Source: Candidatus Eiseniibacteriota bacterium
Lineage (GTDB): Bacteria > Eisenbacteria > RBG-16-71-46 > CAZEPH01
DNA length: 64,000 bases
Direction of reading: 5' to 3'
NCBI GenBank assembly: GCA_044229145.1
Contig: JBGATO010000008.1
Coordinates: forward strand, 17,218-81,217
Below are positions 29,909 through 40,557 of this stretch, piece after piece. Each line of letters starts with the position of its first letter. Position 1 is the first letter of the stretch. The notes under the pieces are model-generated. The model searched no databases and was not told the origin of the DNA. It was given only the letters and a program-made list of their open reading frames with translations. The position numbers were made by a program, and so were the translations under genes.

Positions 29909-32900
29909 TTAGCGCCCCACGACGACCGCGCGCGTGGTGGACTGCGCTCCGCCGCTGCGCGCGCGCAGCCAGTAGACGCCCTGCGGGACGGCCCGGCCGT
30001 GCGCGTCGGCTCCGTCCCAGATCAATGCCCGCAATCCCGCCAGCAGCGGGCCGTTCCAGACTTCCCGCACGCGACGTCCTCGCGCGTCGAACGCTTCCAC
30101 CTGTACCACCGGCTGTTCCCCTTCTCCGCCTGGAATTTCGAGACGCAAGGCGACCGGCGCAGGGCCCGGCGTGGCCCGCGGTGGGAGGAGCCGGAGCGCT
30201 GCGAAGTGTGCGGTCGGCTGCGCGGCCAGCGAATCGAGGCCGTGCAGGAGCGCGCCGAACGCATCGCCCCCTGAGGTGCGCGCGGCCCAGGCCTCGGCCT
30301 CCAGAGTGGTGACGAGTGTTGCCAGGCCTGCGCGGGGCCGTGCGGCCACCGCGAGCGGACGCCCGCCGGCATCTGCTGCGCGGGTGACCACCGCGGCTGT
30401 CGGTTCGGTCCCGGTGGGGAGGATCGCGGGCCGCACGCGCGGCGCGAGGGGGAAGCCGCCGTCCGGTGCGCCGGGCAGCCCGCGCGCGGAATCCGCGACG
30501 CCGGCGATGCCGGGGCGTGCGGCGAATGCGTCCGCTGCGAGCCGCCACGCCGCACCGCTGTCCGCCGCAGCGCGGATTGCAAACACCATGCTCAGTGGCC
30601 CGACCGCCTCGCGCAGGGCGGCGCGGACTGCGGCCGCATCCTCGTCCGCGAACGCAGTTCCCGCCTCGAGCACGACATGTGCGTACTCGGTGAGCGGCAC
30701 CGACGCCAGCGGAGTCGTGGCGGCGGCGAGCCACAAATCGGTCGCCGTGCCACGCGCCGACAACGAATCAGCCAGGTGCACTGCCGAGTCCCAGGCACCG
30801 CGGTCTGCCGCCAGGAGAGTCGGGGCGGACGGCACTGCGCCGAACTCGCGCCACGACGTGGCACCGGGCACGTGGGTGATGTTCTGCCGCCGCGCACGGT
30901 CGGTGACCCGCACACGGTAGCGGACGCGTTGGCCTGCGGGTTGCGCGGGCAGCGTCGCCACGAAGTCGCCGCCCGTGACCCGCGCATCGGTGCGCACGGT
31001 CGCGCTCCACCCGCTCATGCCAGGAGGACGGAACTGCCACAGCACCGCCACGGAATCGACTCCTGTGCCGCTGTCGCTCGCCGCAATCGCAATTTGTGGC
31101 GGGCTGCCGGGCCGCACGCTCGCCATGGCCGGCACCACGATCGCGGGCGCCACCGTGTCGACGATGACTTGGAAGGATCGTCCCGCGGCGGGGAGCGGCG
31201 CGCCGGCGCGATCGCGTCCGAGGAGCGCCAATTGCATCGTCGTGCCGGCCGGCACGCCGGGAAGCGTCGCGGTGTAGGTGTCGAAGCCCGGGCCCGGTGA
31301 GAGCGCGATCGCGTGTCCGATGGGATCCTGCGGCGGCGTCGCCACCGACAACGACAGCGAGGCGGTGTCCACACCGGCCGGCGCCCACGCCAGAACGCGC
31401 ACGCGGTACGGCCCCTGGGTGTCCTCGATGTTCGGGAGCGTGGGCCACGCCACGCGGGCCGGTCCGCGCAACCAGCGCAACAGCGGATCCACGACCCCGC
31501 GAGCGTGCGTGGCCTGCAAAGCATAGGGCGACAACGCGAGCGCCACGACGCGCGGGAAGTCGCCGCGCCCCGCCGCACCCAACGCGACCGAATCTCCCTC
31601 GGTGCAGTCGCGCAACAGCACTCGGGTGCCGGCACCCGGCCGCATCGGCGTCACCGCTGCGACGGCGGACCCGCTCAGCGCGGCGGACCACAGAGAGTCC
31701 GGCGCGGTGCACCACGTGACGGTCCGCTGCGGGCGGACGGCCGACCGCACGGCTCCTGTGTGCGCGAGGACATATGCCGTCACCGTGCTGTCCGCGGCGC
31801 CGGTCGTGCCGGCTGATGCGAGCAGCAAGACGCCGGGCGCGCGCAGCGAATCGGTGCGCGCCAACGAATCGAGGACGCCGAGCGCTCGCACGGCGCCGCT
31901 CGCCGCTCCGTCGAGCGCGACCACGCGGTACTCGGCAAGCAGCGCGGCGGGCAGCACGCCGAAGCGCGCCTCGTCCCACACATCGGCATCGGGCGACAGC
32001 TGCGTCACGCCGTCACCCGCCGGGCATGCGACCGGCGACAGATTGCATGGCGCCGGTGACGGGACGGGACACATCGCCCGGACGGTGACCGGCGGCACGC
32101 TTGGCGGAGACACCGGCCACCACTCCACCGCGGGCGCGCTCGGCAGGACGCGATAGCTCCGCGTGCTGTCGCCGAGCGGGAGCCGGCGCTGGTTGCCGGC
32201 GACGTCGCTCGCCACCACGTACCAGTCGACCCGTGTGCCCCGGCGCTGCGCCGGGAGCACGACACGCATGCCACCCGGCGATCCGAACGGCGTCGCCGCG
32301 ATCGTGTGCGTCGTCCGCCAGCCGTCCGTCGAGTAGTGCGCGGTCACGCCGGCCAAGGCGCCTTCGCCATCGCCGGCGATCACGTCCAGCGTGCGCGTGC
32401 CGACGGTGTCGGGCGAGGAGAGCGGCTGCAGCGCCACCGACAACTCCGGCGCGATGTCGTCCTGCGTCGCCCAGTCGATGCGCACGTCGTCGAGGAACCA
32501 GCCGGTGCCGGAGCCGCCGAGGTGCGCGCCCTCGAGGAAGCGGATGCGCACCGTTTGCCCGACGTACGCGGCGAGCGAGAACGCCATCGGGCGCCACAGC
32601 GCTTGCGTGCCGCCGAACGCGTATTGGCCGCCGATGCCCGGCGTCGATTGTGCGACGACGCCGTCGTACCCGCTCGCCGGGAACAACGTCGCGTAGTGCA
32701 CGCCGTCGGTGGAGATCTGCACCGTGCCGCCGTCGAGCAGCGCCGGTGGCGTGCCGTCGAAGTCGTAGCAGTGCCAGAAGCGCAGACTCGCCGCCGTGCG
32801 GTCCGCCGGCAAATGCACCGCCGGCAGCGTCAGCGTCGACGACGTGTACGACGAATAGCCGAAGCGCAGGCTGGTCGCCCACACCTTGGTGCCGGAGTGC

Positions 32901-35900
32901 GGGCAGACGGCGTAGCCCTCGCCGATCGCCGGACTGAGGGGTGTGCCCCACTGCCAGTCGCGTCCGCCGACCGCGAACGCGCCGTCGTCGCTCTCGAAGT
33001 CCCACGCGAGCGTGCTCACCACGCGCAGTGCGTACTGGCCAAGGGCAGGCTGCATCGTGGAATTGGCGCGGCGCGAGGCATCGACCGCACGCAGCTGATA
33101 GAACAACGTGTCCCCAGGCGATGCCGGGCCGGGCACCGACACCGCGAACGAGTCACCACTCACCGCGGTCGCCGCGGTTTCGCTCCACGCATCCGCGGAG
33201 TGCCATCGCCATACGGCCGACACGGCGCCCAGCCCGCGATCGTCCGCGGCGTGCAGCCCGAGGACGAACGGTCCAGTGACCTCTGCCGTCTGGTAGAGCG
33301 GCTGATGACGCACGGACGGCGCGAGCGAGTCCGCCACCACCTGCATCGCGTACGTCGAGGGATCGCCGTTCGCCTCGAACGCGAACGGCCAATAGCCGAC
33401 GCGGCCGCCGGTATCGGCAACGCTCACGCGATACCGCACGCGGCTGCCGAGCGGCTGCGGCGGGATGGCGCCGTGGAAGCTGCCGTCGTCGCCGCGTGTG
33501 AGGGCGAGCGCGATCTCGGCGCCGGCGTTGACGCTGTAGTGCACCAACACGGCGGTGGTGTCGATCGGCGTGTTGGCAGCCCGCACCGTGATGGCGAGCG
33601 GCAAGGGCGTGGCGTCGTCGTCGGTATCGCGGAGCGGTGTGCCGCTGGGCACTGGCGCCAATTCCAGCCAGCCGAGCGCGCCGTCCAGGAGCGCGACCTG
33701 TTCGTCCGTCGACGGCATCTCCTCGAGCCCGAAGCCGGCGAAGACCAAGCGCGCGCCGCTCGCCTCGGCGCCGAGGTCGGCGGCGATCGCCGCCACCGCG
33801 CCATTGGCGCTGCCGCTGCCGCCATACACCAGAGACACCGACGCCGGTGCCACCGGCACCAGCGCGCTCGGCCGCTCCGCCGGCCCGCCGGGCTGCGGCA
33901 CGATGGTCGCCGTGAAGCCGGTGAACAGCGTATCGCCGCTCGCCGCGCGCACACTCGACGGCGCGCTGATGTCCGCCGCCGCGGTCGCCCGCAACACGCG
34001 CCCGAGGAACGGATCGACCACGAACTCCTTCGCCACACCCTTGCCCATGACCAGGGCGCGGCCGCCTTGCGCGAGGTAACTCTCCATCGCCGCCTGATCG
34101 TCGGGCGAGAACGTGTTGATCGTGGCGTCGCCGGTAAACCACAGCACCTTGCCGTAATGCAGCAGCGTCGCCACGTCCGGCCGCGTGTACGTGAGGACGA
34201 AGCGGTGACCGCCGGCGGCGAGGGCGGCGGCGTAGAGGTCGGCGTAGTCGGGGAAGTCGGCCGCGTCCACCACCAGCAACTCCGGGTGCGTGAGGGCGAG
34301 GCGCAGGTCGCTCACCCCCTCGGCCGGGACGCTGATGGCGGCGAACAGCGTGTCGTAGGGCGCCGGCGGCACCACGCGGATGCTGTCGATGCCGACCGGC
34401 ACCGTGGCGATGAAGCCGCCGGTCGCATCGCACTGCCATGTCGCGGCCACCAGGCCGCCGTGCAGCATCTCGAGCGTTGCCGCGACGCCGGTGCGGCTCA
34501 GCGCGTCGATGGCGCGGCCGCTCACTACCGCGGTCGGCAGCGGCGTCAGCGCGAGGTCGAGCGTCTGCGGCACGTCGAGCGGCAGCGTGACCGTGGCGGT
34601 GAGCGGCGCGTACCCGTAGGCGCTGACCTCGTAGGTCATCATGGCCGCAGGCGGCCGCACCGCGAATCCGCCATCGGCCAGGCTGCGCAGCGTGAAGGTG
34701 GATCCGTCGCTCTGTACGGTCAGCGAGGCGCCGGCGAGCGGCGCACCGCTCACCGCGTCGCGCACGACTCCCGAGAACCATGGGCGCCCGGCGTACGCTG
34801 CCGTCACCGCCGCGTACGCGTCGACCTCGCCGCCGCCCGAGGCGATGTCGGCGCCGGCCGGGGCGATGTCGCGCGCGGTGCGCACCAGGATCGCCCGCAC
34901 GCTGTCCGGTGCGATCGCCGGATTCGCCTCGCGCATCAGGGCGACGACGCCGGCCAGGAACGGCGCCGACTCGGAGGTGCCGCTGGTGATCGAGTAGCCG
35001 CCTCCCGGCACCGTCGAGTAGATGTCGGTCCCGGGCGCGACGAGATCGGGCTTCGCATACACGCCGTCGTAGGGCGCGTGATGCCAGGTCACCCACCCGC
35101 GCGCGCTGTACGGCGCCACCTCGCCGCTGGCGTCGGTGGCGCCCGCGCCGATGCAGTCGGGGATGTTGGCCGGCGCGGCCAACGACGACGGCGAATTGCC
35201 CATCGCCCCGATCACCACGGCGCCGAGGGTGCGCAACGTGCGCACCGGCTCGATCAGCGCGCTCACGGTGTCCGCCGTGCCGAGGCTGAGGTTCACGACG
35301 TGCGCACCGTCGTCGGTGAGGGGATCGTCGTCGGGATCGGCGGACCACTCGAGGCCGCCGATGATCTGCATCAGGCGGCCTTCGCCGCGCGGCGTCACCA
35401 GTCCGGCCATGAGCGCGGCCCCGGGCGCCACGCCGATGGCGACGCCGCTGGTCGCGCCGCCGAGCGCCACGCCGCTGACGTGGGTTCCGTGCACGTCGGA
35501 GTCGTAGGGCGGGAGCGGGTGCGCATCGCGTGCGCCGTCGGCTCCGAACGTCATCCAGCCGCCCGGGTACGTCGGATCGCTCGGATTGCGCGTCACCATC
35601 TTTCCGGCGAGATCGGGATGCGAGATGTCGACGCCGCTGTCGAGGATGCAGACCCGCACGCCCGAGCCGTCGAGGCCGTACACGCGCGCCGCTTCGTCGA
35701 CGCCGGTGACGCCGCGCGGCGACCACAGCGGGTCGACGTGCACGGTGGCGCGTCGCGGGGTAGTGAGCGTCTGCACGCCGACGTCGTCGCGCACCCACCG
35801 GACGTCGGCGCGGCGCGCCAACTCGTCACGCAGCCGCGGGCTGACCTCGGCGGCGACGATCGGCGCGAGCCAGAAGCCGTGGACCGCGCCCGCTTCGCCG

Positions 35901-36133
35901 TCCTGCACCGCACGCGTCAGGCGGGCGAGCACGCCGGCTTCGGCGACCGCGGCGGTTTCGCGCAGCCGTTGCGCGCGCACCGCGCGCAGCGCCGTCTGCT
36001 CGACGCGCGGTGCCTCGGCCGCCGGGCGTACGCCGATCAGCACCGGCACCCGCTGCTCCGCGGCGCGCGCGATCGCCCCACGGCCCAGCCACAGAAACAG
36101 CACGGCCACCACCCAACGCGAGACGCGCGGCAT
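29909..36133 (-). CDS. Secreted multidomain S8 (subtilisin-like) serine protease with FlgD-Ig-like tail
   Basis: ILDSGVD, HGTHVSG and SGTSESAP catalytic motifs. Signal peptide from MPRVSRW after GGAGGA, and a C-terminal FDARGRRV...WDG...GVY. Confidence 0.88.
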   Translation of the reverse strand: MPRVSRWVVAVLFLWLGRGAIARAAEQRVPVLIGVRPAAEAPRVEQTALRAVRAQRLRETAAVAEAGVLARLTRAVQDGEAGAVHGFWLAPIVAAEVSPRLRDELARRADVRWVRDDVGVQTLTTPRRATVHVDPLWSPRGVTGVDEAARVYGLDGSGVRVCILDSGVDISHPDLAGKMVTRNPSDPTYPGGWMTFGADGARDAHPLPPYDSDVHGTHVSGVALGGATSGVAIGVAPGAALMAGLVTPRGEGRLMQIIGGLEWSADPDDDPLTDDGAHVVNLSLGTADTVSALIEPVRTLRTLGAVVIGAMGNSPSSLAAPANIPDCIGAGATDASGEVAPYSARGWVTWHHAPYDGVYAKPDLVAPGTDIYSTVPGGGYSITSGTSESAPFLAGVVALMREANPAIAPDSVRAILVRTARDIAPAGADIASGGGEVDAYAAVTAAYAGRPWFSGVVRDAVSGAPLAGASLTVQSDGSTFTLRSLADGGFAVRPPAAMMTYEVSAYGYAPLTATVTLPLDVPQTLDLALTPLPTAVVSGRAIDALSRTGVAATLEMLHGGLVAATWQCDATGGFIATVPVGIDSIRVVPPAPYDTLFAAISVPAEGVSDLRLALTHPELLVVDAADFPDYADLYAAALAAGGHRFVLTYTRPDVATLLHYGKVLWFTGDATINTFSPDDQAAMESYLAQGGRALVMGKGVAKEFVVDPFLGRVLRATAAADISAPSSVRAASGDTLFTGFTATIVPQPGGPAERPSALVPVAPASVSLVYGGSGSANGAVAAIAADLGAEASGARLVFAGFGLEEMPSTDEQVALLDGALGWLELAPVPSGTPLRDTDDDATPLPLAITVRAANTPIDTTAVLVHYSVNAGAEIALALTRGDDGSFHGAIPPQPLGSRVRYRVSVADTGGRVGYWPFAFEANGDPSTYAMQVVADSLAPSVRHQPLYQTAEVTGPFVLGLHAADDRGLGAVSAVWRWHSADAWSETAATAVSGDSFAVSVPGPASPGDTLFYQLRAVDASRRANSTMQPALGQYALRVVSTLAWDFESDDGAFAVGGRDWQWGTPLSPAIGEGYAVCPHSGTKVWATSLRFGYSSYTSSTLTLPAVHLPADRTAASLRFWHCYDFDGTPPALLDGGTVQISTDGVHYATLFPASGYDGVVAQSTPGIGGQYAFGGTQALWRPMAFSLAAYVGQTVRIRFLEGAHLGGSGTGWFLDDVRIDWATQDDIAPELSVALQPLSSPDTVGTRTLDVIAGDGEGALAGVTAHYSTDGWRTTHTIAATPFGSPGGMRVVLPAQRRGTRVDWYVVASDVAGNQRRLPLGDSTRSYRVLPSAPAVEWWPVSPPSVPPVTVRAMCPVPSPAPCNLSPVACPAGDGVTQLSPDADVWDEARFGVLPAALLAEYRVVALDGAASGAVRALGVLDSLARTDSLRAPGVLLLASAGTTGAADSTVTAYVLAHTGAVRSAVRPQRTVTWCTAPDSLWSAALSGSAVAAVTPMRPGAGTRVLLRDCTEGDSVALGAAGRGDFPRVVALALSPYALQATHARGVVDPLLRWLRGPARVAWPTLPNIEDTQGPYRVRVLAWAPAGVDTASLSLSVATPPQDPIGHAIALSPGPGFDTYTATLPGVPAGTTMQLALLGRDRAGAPLPAAGRSFQVIVDTVAPAIVVPAMASVRPGSPPQIAIAASDSGTGVDSVAVLWQFRPPGMSGWSATVRTDARVTGGDFVATLPAQPAGQRVRYRVRVTDRARRQNITHVPGATSWREFGAVPSAPTLLAADRGAWDSAVHLADSLSARGTATDLWLAAATTPLASVPLTEYAHVVLEAGTAFADEDAAAVRAALREAVGPLSMVFAIRAAADSGAAWRLAADAFAARPGIAGVADSARGLPGAPDGGFPLAPRVRPAILPTGTEPTAAVVTRAADAGGRPLAVAARPRAGLATLVTTLEAEAWAARTSGGDAFGALLHGLDSLAAQPTAHFAALRLLPPRATPGPAPVALRLEIPGGEGEQPVVQVEAFDARGRRVREVWNGPLLAGLRALIWDGADAHGRAVPQGVYWLRARSGGAQSTTRAVVVGR

Positions 36134-36477
36134 CGAGGTCCTCCGGTGAGGCGAAACGGGATCTGCGCGGAGCACGGAGCCAACTTCCGTGAGGTGGGGG
36201 ATCGCCCCGATGCTAGTCGCCGCGCGCCATGCGGTCAACGCATCGCGCAGTCCCGGCATCGCCTCGCTTGACCCGCACCCCGCGCGATCGGTAGGATCAT
36301 GCAGTTGGGTCCCCCAGCTTTGATCCCGTTCGGATGCGACGTGTCCACCCACGCGCCGTGCACGAGCAGCCCCCTCCCGGTATCGCAGCCTTGGCGTTCT
36401 TCGCAGGGTCGCGCGCGCCCGTTCGAGCGCAACGCGACCGGGCGCCAACCGATCCGCTGACTCGTCCGGAGGAGCCC

Positions 36478-38220
36478 ATGCCCGCTTCTGCTCCCATTGT
36501 CCGTCCCCGGCGCTTCCCCCGCGTCTTGTTGACCGGCCTCGCATGTCTGGCGAGCGCCGTCGTATTCCCGTTGGCCGCGCACGCCGTCTGGGTGCCCCAG
36601 GGCGCGCAACTCGGCCCGATCCCGGGCGATCAACTGCAGCCGGTGACCGTTCCCGATGGCAGCGGCGGCATGTTCGTCGCGTGGAACGACGGCCGCGGTG
36701 TCGGCGAGGACATCTACGTCCAGCGCGTCGACGCCAACGGTAACCCGCTGTGGGCGCAGGGCGGCATCGTCGCCTGCAACGCCACCGGCACGCAGAACGA
36801 CGTGCAGATGATCTCGGATGGCGCGGGCGGCGTGATCCTCGGCTGGTGGGACTTCCGCTCCGGCATCTCGCTCTACGCGCAACGCATCGACGCCGCCGGC
36901 ACCCGTCTGTGGGCCACCAACGGCGTGGCGATCACCACGCTGACCTGCTGGCACTCCTTCTCGATGAGCAGCGACGGTTTCAACGGCGCCATCTTCACGT
37001 ACGAACGGTGCGGCACCACGACCGGGCTCGACATCGGCGCGCAGCGGGTCAACTCCGCCGGCAGCGTGCGCTGGGGCACCACCGGCGTCGTGGTCTGCGC
37101 TGCGGCGAACGACCAGACTTCGCCCGGCGTGTCGGTGACCGACGACGGCAGCGGCAGCTGCATCGTGTCGTGGGCCGACGACCGCGAGGGGACGCAAATC
37201 GGCAACAGCATCTACGCGCAGAAGATCTCCTCGGCGGGCGCGATGCTGTGGCCCGGCGGTGGCCTGCCGGTCTCCCTCTACGTCGCGGCGTCGAACCAGT
37301 GGCCCGTGCGCGTGCACGGCGATGGCGCCGATGGTGCGGTGCTCACCTGGTACGACGCCGGCATCGGCACCTACAAGGTTTGGCAGCAGCGCGTGAACGG
37401 CCTCGGGCAGTCGCAGTGGACGACCGGCGGCATCCGCGTCTGCACCGCGCTCGGGTCGCAGTACTATCCCGAAGTGTGTCGCGACGGGAACGGCGGCAGC
37501 ATCGTCGTGTGGTACGACCAGCGCTCCGATCCGCTCGGCGACCTCTACGCGCAGCGCATCTCGAGCACCGGGACCTTGCAGTGGGATCCCAGCGGTGTCC
37601 CGGTGTGTCTGGCGCCGGAGGAGCAGTACCAGTACTCGATCGGCGCGGACGGGGCGAACGGCGCCTTCGTGGTGTGGCAGGATGCCCGCGCCGACACCGC
37701 GAGCGACATCTACGCGCAGCACATCACCGACACCGGGGCGTGGACGTGGGGCGATGCGAACGGCGTCGCGATCGGGCAGGCGCCGCTCTATCAGGTGATG
37801 GCCTCGATGGCGCCGGACGGTCAGGGCGGCCTGGTGGCGGCCTGGGAGGACTTCCGCAACCTCACCGACTACGAGATCTACGTCACCCGCGTCCCGAACA
37901 CGTTGGTCGCGGTCGGTGATCCTGCGGGCCGCGCGGATGGACGCGCACTGACGGTGAGTCCTTCGCTCATCGGTCGGGGCCGCCCGGCGGCGAGCATCGT
38001 TGCCGCTGGTGTGCGGGCACCGGTTGCGGAGTTGGTGGTGAGCGATATCGCCGGGCGCGTCGTGCACCGCGCGACGCTCCGGCCCACAGGATTGGGAGAA
38101 GTGCGCGCGCGCTGGGACGGCAGGGGCGCCGACGGACGCGCCGCAGCCAATGGCGTGTACGCGGTCACCGTGCGCGCCGGCGGCGCCGCGTGGCGCCACA
38201 ACATCGTGGTGGCGCGATAG
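36478..38220 (+). CDS. Secreted beta-propeller-like repeat protein with FlgD-Ig-like tail
   Basis: About 7 repeats of DGxGGxxVxWxDxR...IYAQRIxxxGxxxW, an AHA signal cleavage site and a GGAGGAG RBS. Confidence 0.8.
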   Translation: MPASAPIVRPRRFPRVLLTGLACLASAVVFPLAAHAVWVPQGAQLGPIPGDQLQPVTVPDGSGGMFVAWNDGRGVGEDIYVQRVDANGNPLWAQGGIVACNATGTQNDVQMISDGAGGVILGWWDFRSGISLYAQRIDAAGTRLWATNGVAITTLTCWHSFSMSSDGFNGAIFTYERCGTTTGLDIGAQRVNSAGSVRWGTTGVVVCAAANDQTSPGVSVTDDGSGSCIVSWADDREGTQIGNSIYAQKISSAGAMLWPGGGLPVSLYVAASNQWPVRVHGDGADGAVLTWYDAGIGTYKVWQQRVNGLGQSQWTTGGIRVCTALGSQYYPEVCRDGNGGSIVVWYDQRSDPLGDLYAQRISSTGTLQWDPSGVPVCLAPEEQYQYSIGADGANGAFVVWQDARADTASDIYAQHITDTGAWTWGDANGVAIGQAPLYQVMASMAPDGQGGLVAAWEDFRNLTDYEIYVTRVPNTLVAVGDPAGRADGRALTVSPSLIGRGRPAASIVAAGVRAPVAELVVSDIAGRVVHRATLRPTGLGEVRARWDGRGADGRAAANGVYAVTVRAGGAAWRHNIVVAR

Positions 38221-38238
38221 GGGTCAAGGACATGACAG

Positions 38239-40116
38239 GTGAGTTTCGTGGACGCAGGCGCGCTGACGCGCGCCGTCACCGTGGCGGTCGCGTGGGCGGC
38301 GCTGTTGGCCGCGCCGCGGGCCGCGCACGCAGCGGCGAACGCCGGCGGCGTCGCCTCGCTTTCGTGGAGCGTCAACGACACCGTCTCGACGTTGGCCAGC
38401 GCGCCGGGCGGCTCGGCCACGCTCTACATGCGGCTCGGATTGGTGTCGGAGATCAAAGGCATCCAGTACACCCTGCACTGGAGCGACAACTCCGGCAGCG
38501 GCTGCGTGCGCTTGAAGTCGATCATCGACGCGCCGGCCGACGATGGCGGCTGCGTGTGGGCGATGCGCGGTCCGGCGGTGCCCATCACCTCGACACCGGA
38601 CGACACCAACTCGGCCGGCCGCCTGTTCATCGCCCGCGCCGTGCCGATCGAGCAGTTGTCCCACTGCAGCTCGGGCACCGTGGCCGGCGTGACCTTCAAC
38701 TTCGGCGATTGTCCGCCGACGGAAGGCGTCTCGTTCTGTCTCGAGTCGTTCCTGGTGATCGACGGGCAGAACGCGGTGGACACGCTGACCATCGCCGGCG
38801 ACGCGCACTTCGCCAGCGGCGCGGCGGTCCGGGCGTGCGGTCCGCTTCCGCGCCCGCGCATCGACCGTATCCTGCCGTCGGACGCGCTGTTCGGTTCGCA
38901 TCCGACGCTCACCGTGTCCGGCTTCAACTTCCTCAGTCCGACGCGGATTCGCTTGGTGCGCGCACCCGCGGATACGTTGCTGCCGACCAGCACCTTCTAC
39001 CACAACGCCTCCGACATGACGGCGGCGTTCGACCTCTCGGCGGCGCCCAGCGGGATGTCGCCGATCTTCGGCACGTGGTCGCTGGTGGTGATCAATCCGG
39101 ACGGGCAAGGGCCGAGCAAGGCGGCGACGTTCGTGGTGCGTGTGCCGGCACCGCAGATCGACTCGATCCGGCCGCTCACGCTGTTCTCCGGACCGGGACG
39201 CGGCCGCACCACCACCGTGCGTTTCTACGGTCGCGACTTCTACAACAACCCCACGCCGCCCACCGTGCGCCTGTCGAATGGTGCTCTCACCGTGCTGCCG
39301 GGCGTCAACCCGCGGCTGGAAACGCCGAACGTGCTGGCCGCCGAGTTCAGCGTGCCGGATTCGCTCGCCCAACTCGCCAGCGGCGACATCGCCGATCACG
39401 CGTTCGCGGTGACGATGGCGAATCAGGCGTCGAGCGAGGCGACGGTCAGCCGCGGCATCTACCTCTACCGGCCGTCGCCTCTGCTCACCAGCGTCAAGAC
39501 GACGGCCGAAGTCGGCGGGAACCGTGTGGTCTGGAGCCTTGACGCGGCCACCTCCGGCAGCCGGTTCCGCGTGACCCGCCAGTCGTTCCGCTGCGGTGTG
39601 CTCGACCGCACCGCGACGCTCTACGACAGCGTGTACACGCAGGGCCGCAGCTTCCACTACGTCGACACCCACGTGCCGATCGGCCGCGCCGTCGTGTATT
39701 CGGTGCGCCACGTCTATCTGCTCGGGCTGGCGGACTCGGTCGTGGCCGAACTGACGAGTGCCGACACGCTCGGCACGCGCTGCCCGGACAGCGGCGGGGG
39801 TGGTGGCGGAGGTGGCGGCGGGGGCGGTGGTTCCAGCGACGCGTTCGTGCTGGCCGGGAGCGTCTTCCGCCCGCCCACGTCGCAGGCCCGCTTCGTGGTG
39901 AGCGCCAGCACGGAGCAACGTGTCGTGGCGACGGTATTCGACCTCGGCGGGCGGCGCGTTCGCTCGATCGCCGATGGCACGGTGCCGGCGGGCGACACCG
40001 AGTTCGCGTGGGACGGCCGTCGCGACGACGGCCACGATGCCTCGATCGGCATCTACGTGCTCAAGATGGAACGCGGTGCGACCGTGTCGATGCACCGCTT
40101 GGTCCTCGTGCGCTGA
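38239..40116 (+). CDS. Secreted hypothetical protein (IPT/TIG-like segments, poly-Gly linker, FlgD-Ig-like tail)
   Basis: Signal peptide, P.I..I.P...LTVSGFNF motifs, Gly13 linker and VFDLGGRRV...WDGR...GIY. Confidence 0.75.
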   Translation: MSFVDAGALTRAVTVAVAWAALLAAPRAAHAAANAGGVASLSWSVNDTVSTLASAPGGSATLYMRLGLVSEIKGIQYTLHWSDNSGSGCVRLKSIIDAPADDGGCVWAMRGPAVPITSTPDDTNSAGRLFIARAVPIEQLSHCSSGTVAGVTFNFGDCPPTEGVSFCLESFLVIDGQNAVDTLTIAGDAHFASGAAVRACGPLPRPRIDRILPSDALFGSHPTLTVSGFNFLSPTRIRLVRAPADTLLPTSTFYHNASDMTAAFDLSAAPSGMSPIFGTWSLVVINPDGQGPSKAATFVVRVPAPQIDSIRPLTLFSGPGRGRTTTVRFYGRDFYNNPTPPTVRLSNGALTVLPGVNPRLETPNVLAAEFSVPDSLAQLASGDIADHAFAVTMANQASSEATVSRGIYLYRPSPLLTSVKTTAEVGGNRVVWSLDAATSGSRFRVTRQSFRCGVLDRTATLYDSVYTQGRSFHYVDTHVPIGRAVVYSVRHVYLLGLADSVVAELTSADTLGTRCPDSGGGGGGGGGGGGGSSDAFVLAGSVFRPPTSQARFVVSASTEQRVVATVFDLGGRRVRSIADGTVPAGDTEFAWDGRRDDGHDASIGIYVLKMERGATVSMHRLVLVR

Positions 40117-40118
40117 CG

Positions 40119-40151
40119 GCGCGCGGCGCGGCGATCCCGCGCCGCGCCGCG
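40119..40151. terminator. GC-rich hairpin between convergent genes
   Basis: GCGCGGCGCGG-CGATC-CCGCGCCGCGC inverted repeat with no U-tract. Confidence 0.45.
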
Positions 40152-40484
40152 CTAGCCGCGGGCGCCGATCGCGCCGGCGTCGATTTCGATCCAGTCGTCG
40201 GCTTTGGCGTCGTAGCGGAATAGCCGCACGCGGTCCGACTTCTCGGTCTCGGAATACGTGTATTCGGTGCTCGCCCCGGCGCCGAGCCGGTTCGAGTAGC
40301 GCTGCTTGCGATCCAGCACCACCGGCTTCACGGTGCGTTCGACCTTCATCTTGCCCATCGGGCCTTCGAAGACGACGGTCTCGATCTCGCCGGGGCCGGT
40401 GGGTACGTCCTCGATCGTGCGGTCGAGCATGGTGAATTTCCGGTCGATCTGCTCGAGCAGTTCGATCCACTTGTCCTCGGTCAC
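40152..40484 (-). CDS. Hypothetical protein
   Basis: 110-aa ORF with strong codon bias, an AGGAGG RBS and a GTG start. Confidence 0.75.
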   Translation of the reverse strand: MTEDKWIELLEQIDRKFTMLDRTIEDVPTGPGEIETVVFEGPMGKMKVERTVKPVVLDRKQRYSNRLGAGASTEYTYSETEKSDRVRLFRYDAKADDWIEIDAGAIGARG

Positions 40485-40557
40485 GTTCCTGCCTCCTGCC
40501 AGGTCCCGAACGGGCTTGCGTTCGCCCGCTCCCGGTTCGGAAAATAACCCGCGACGC

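Noticed and set aside
34960..34990. Inactive S8 protease because GTSES replaces GTSMA
   Set aside because: The catalytic Asp, His and Ser are all present; only flanking residues differ.
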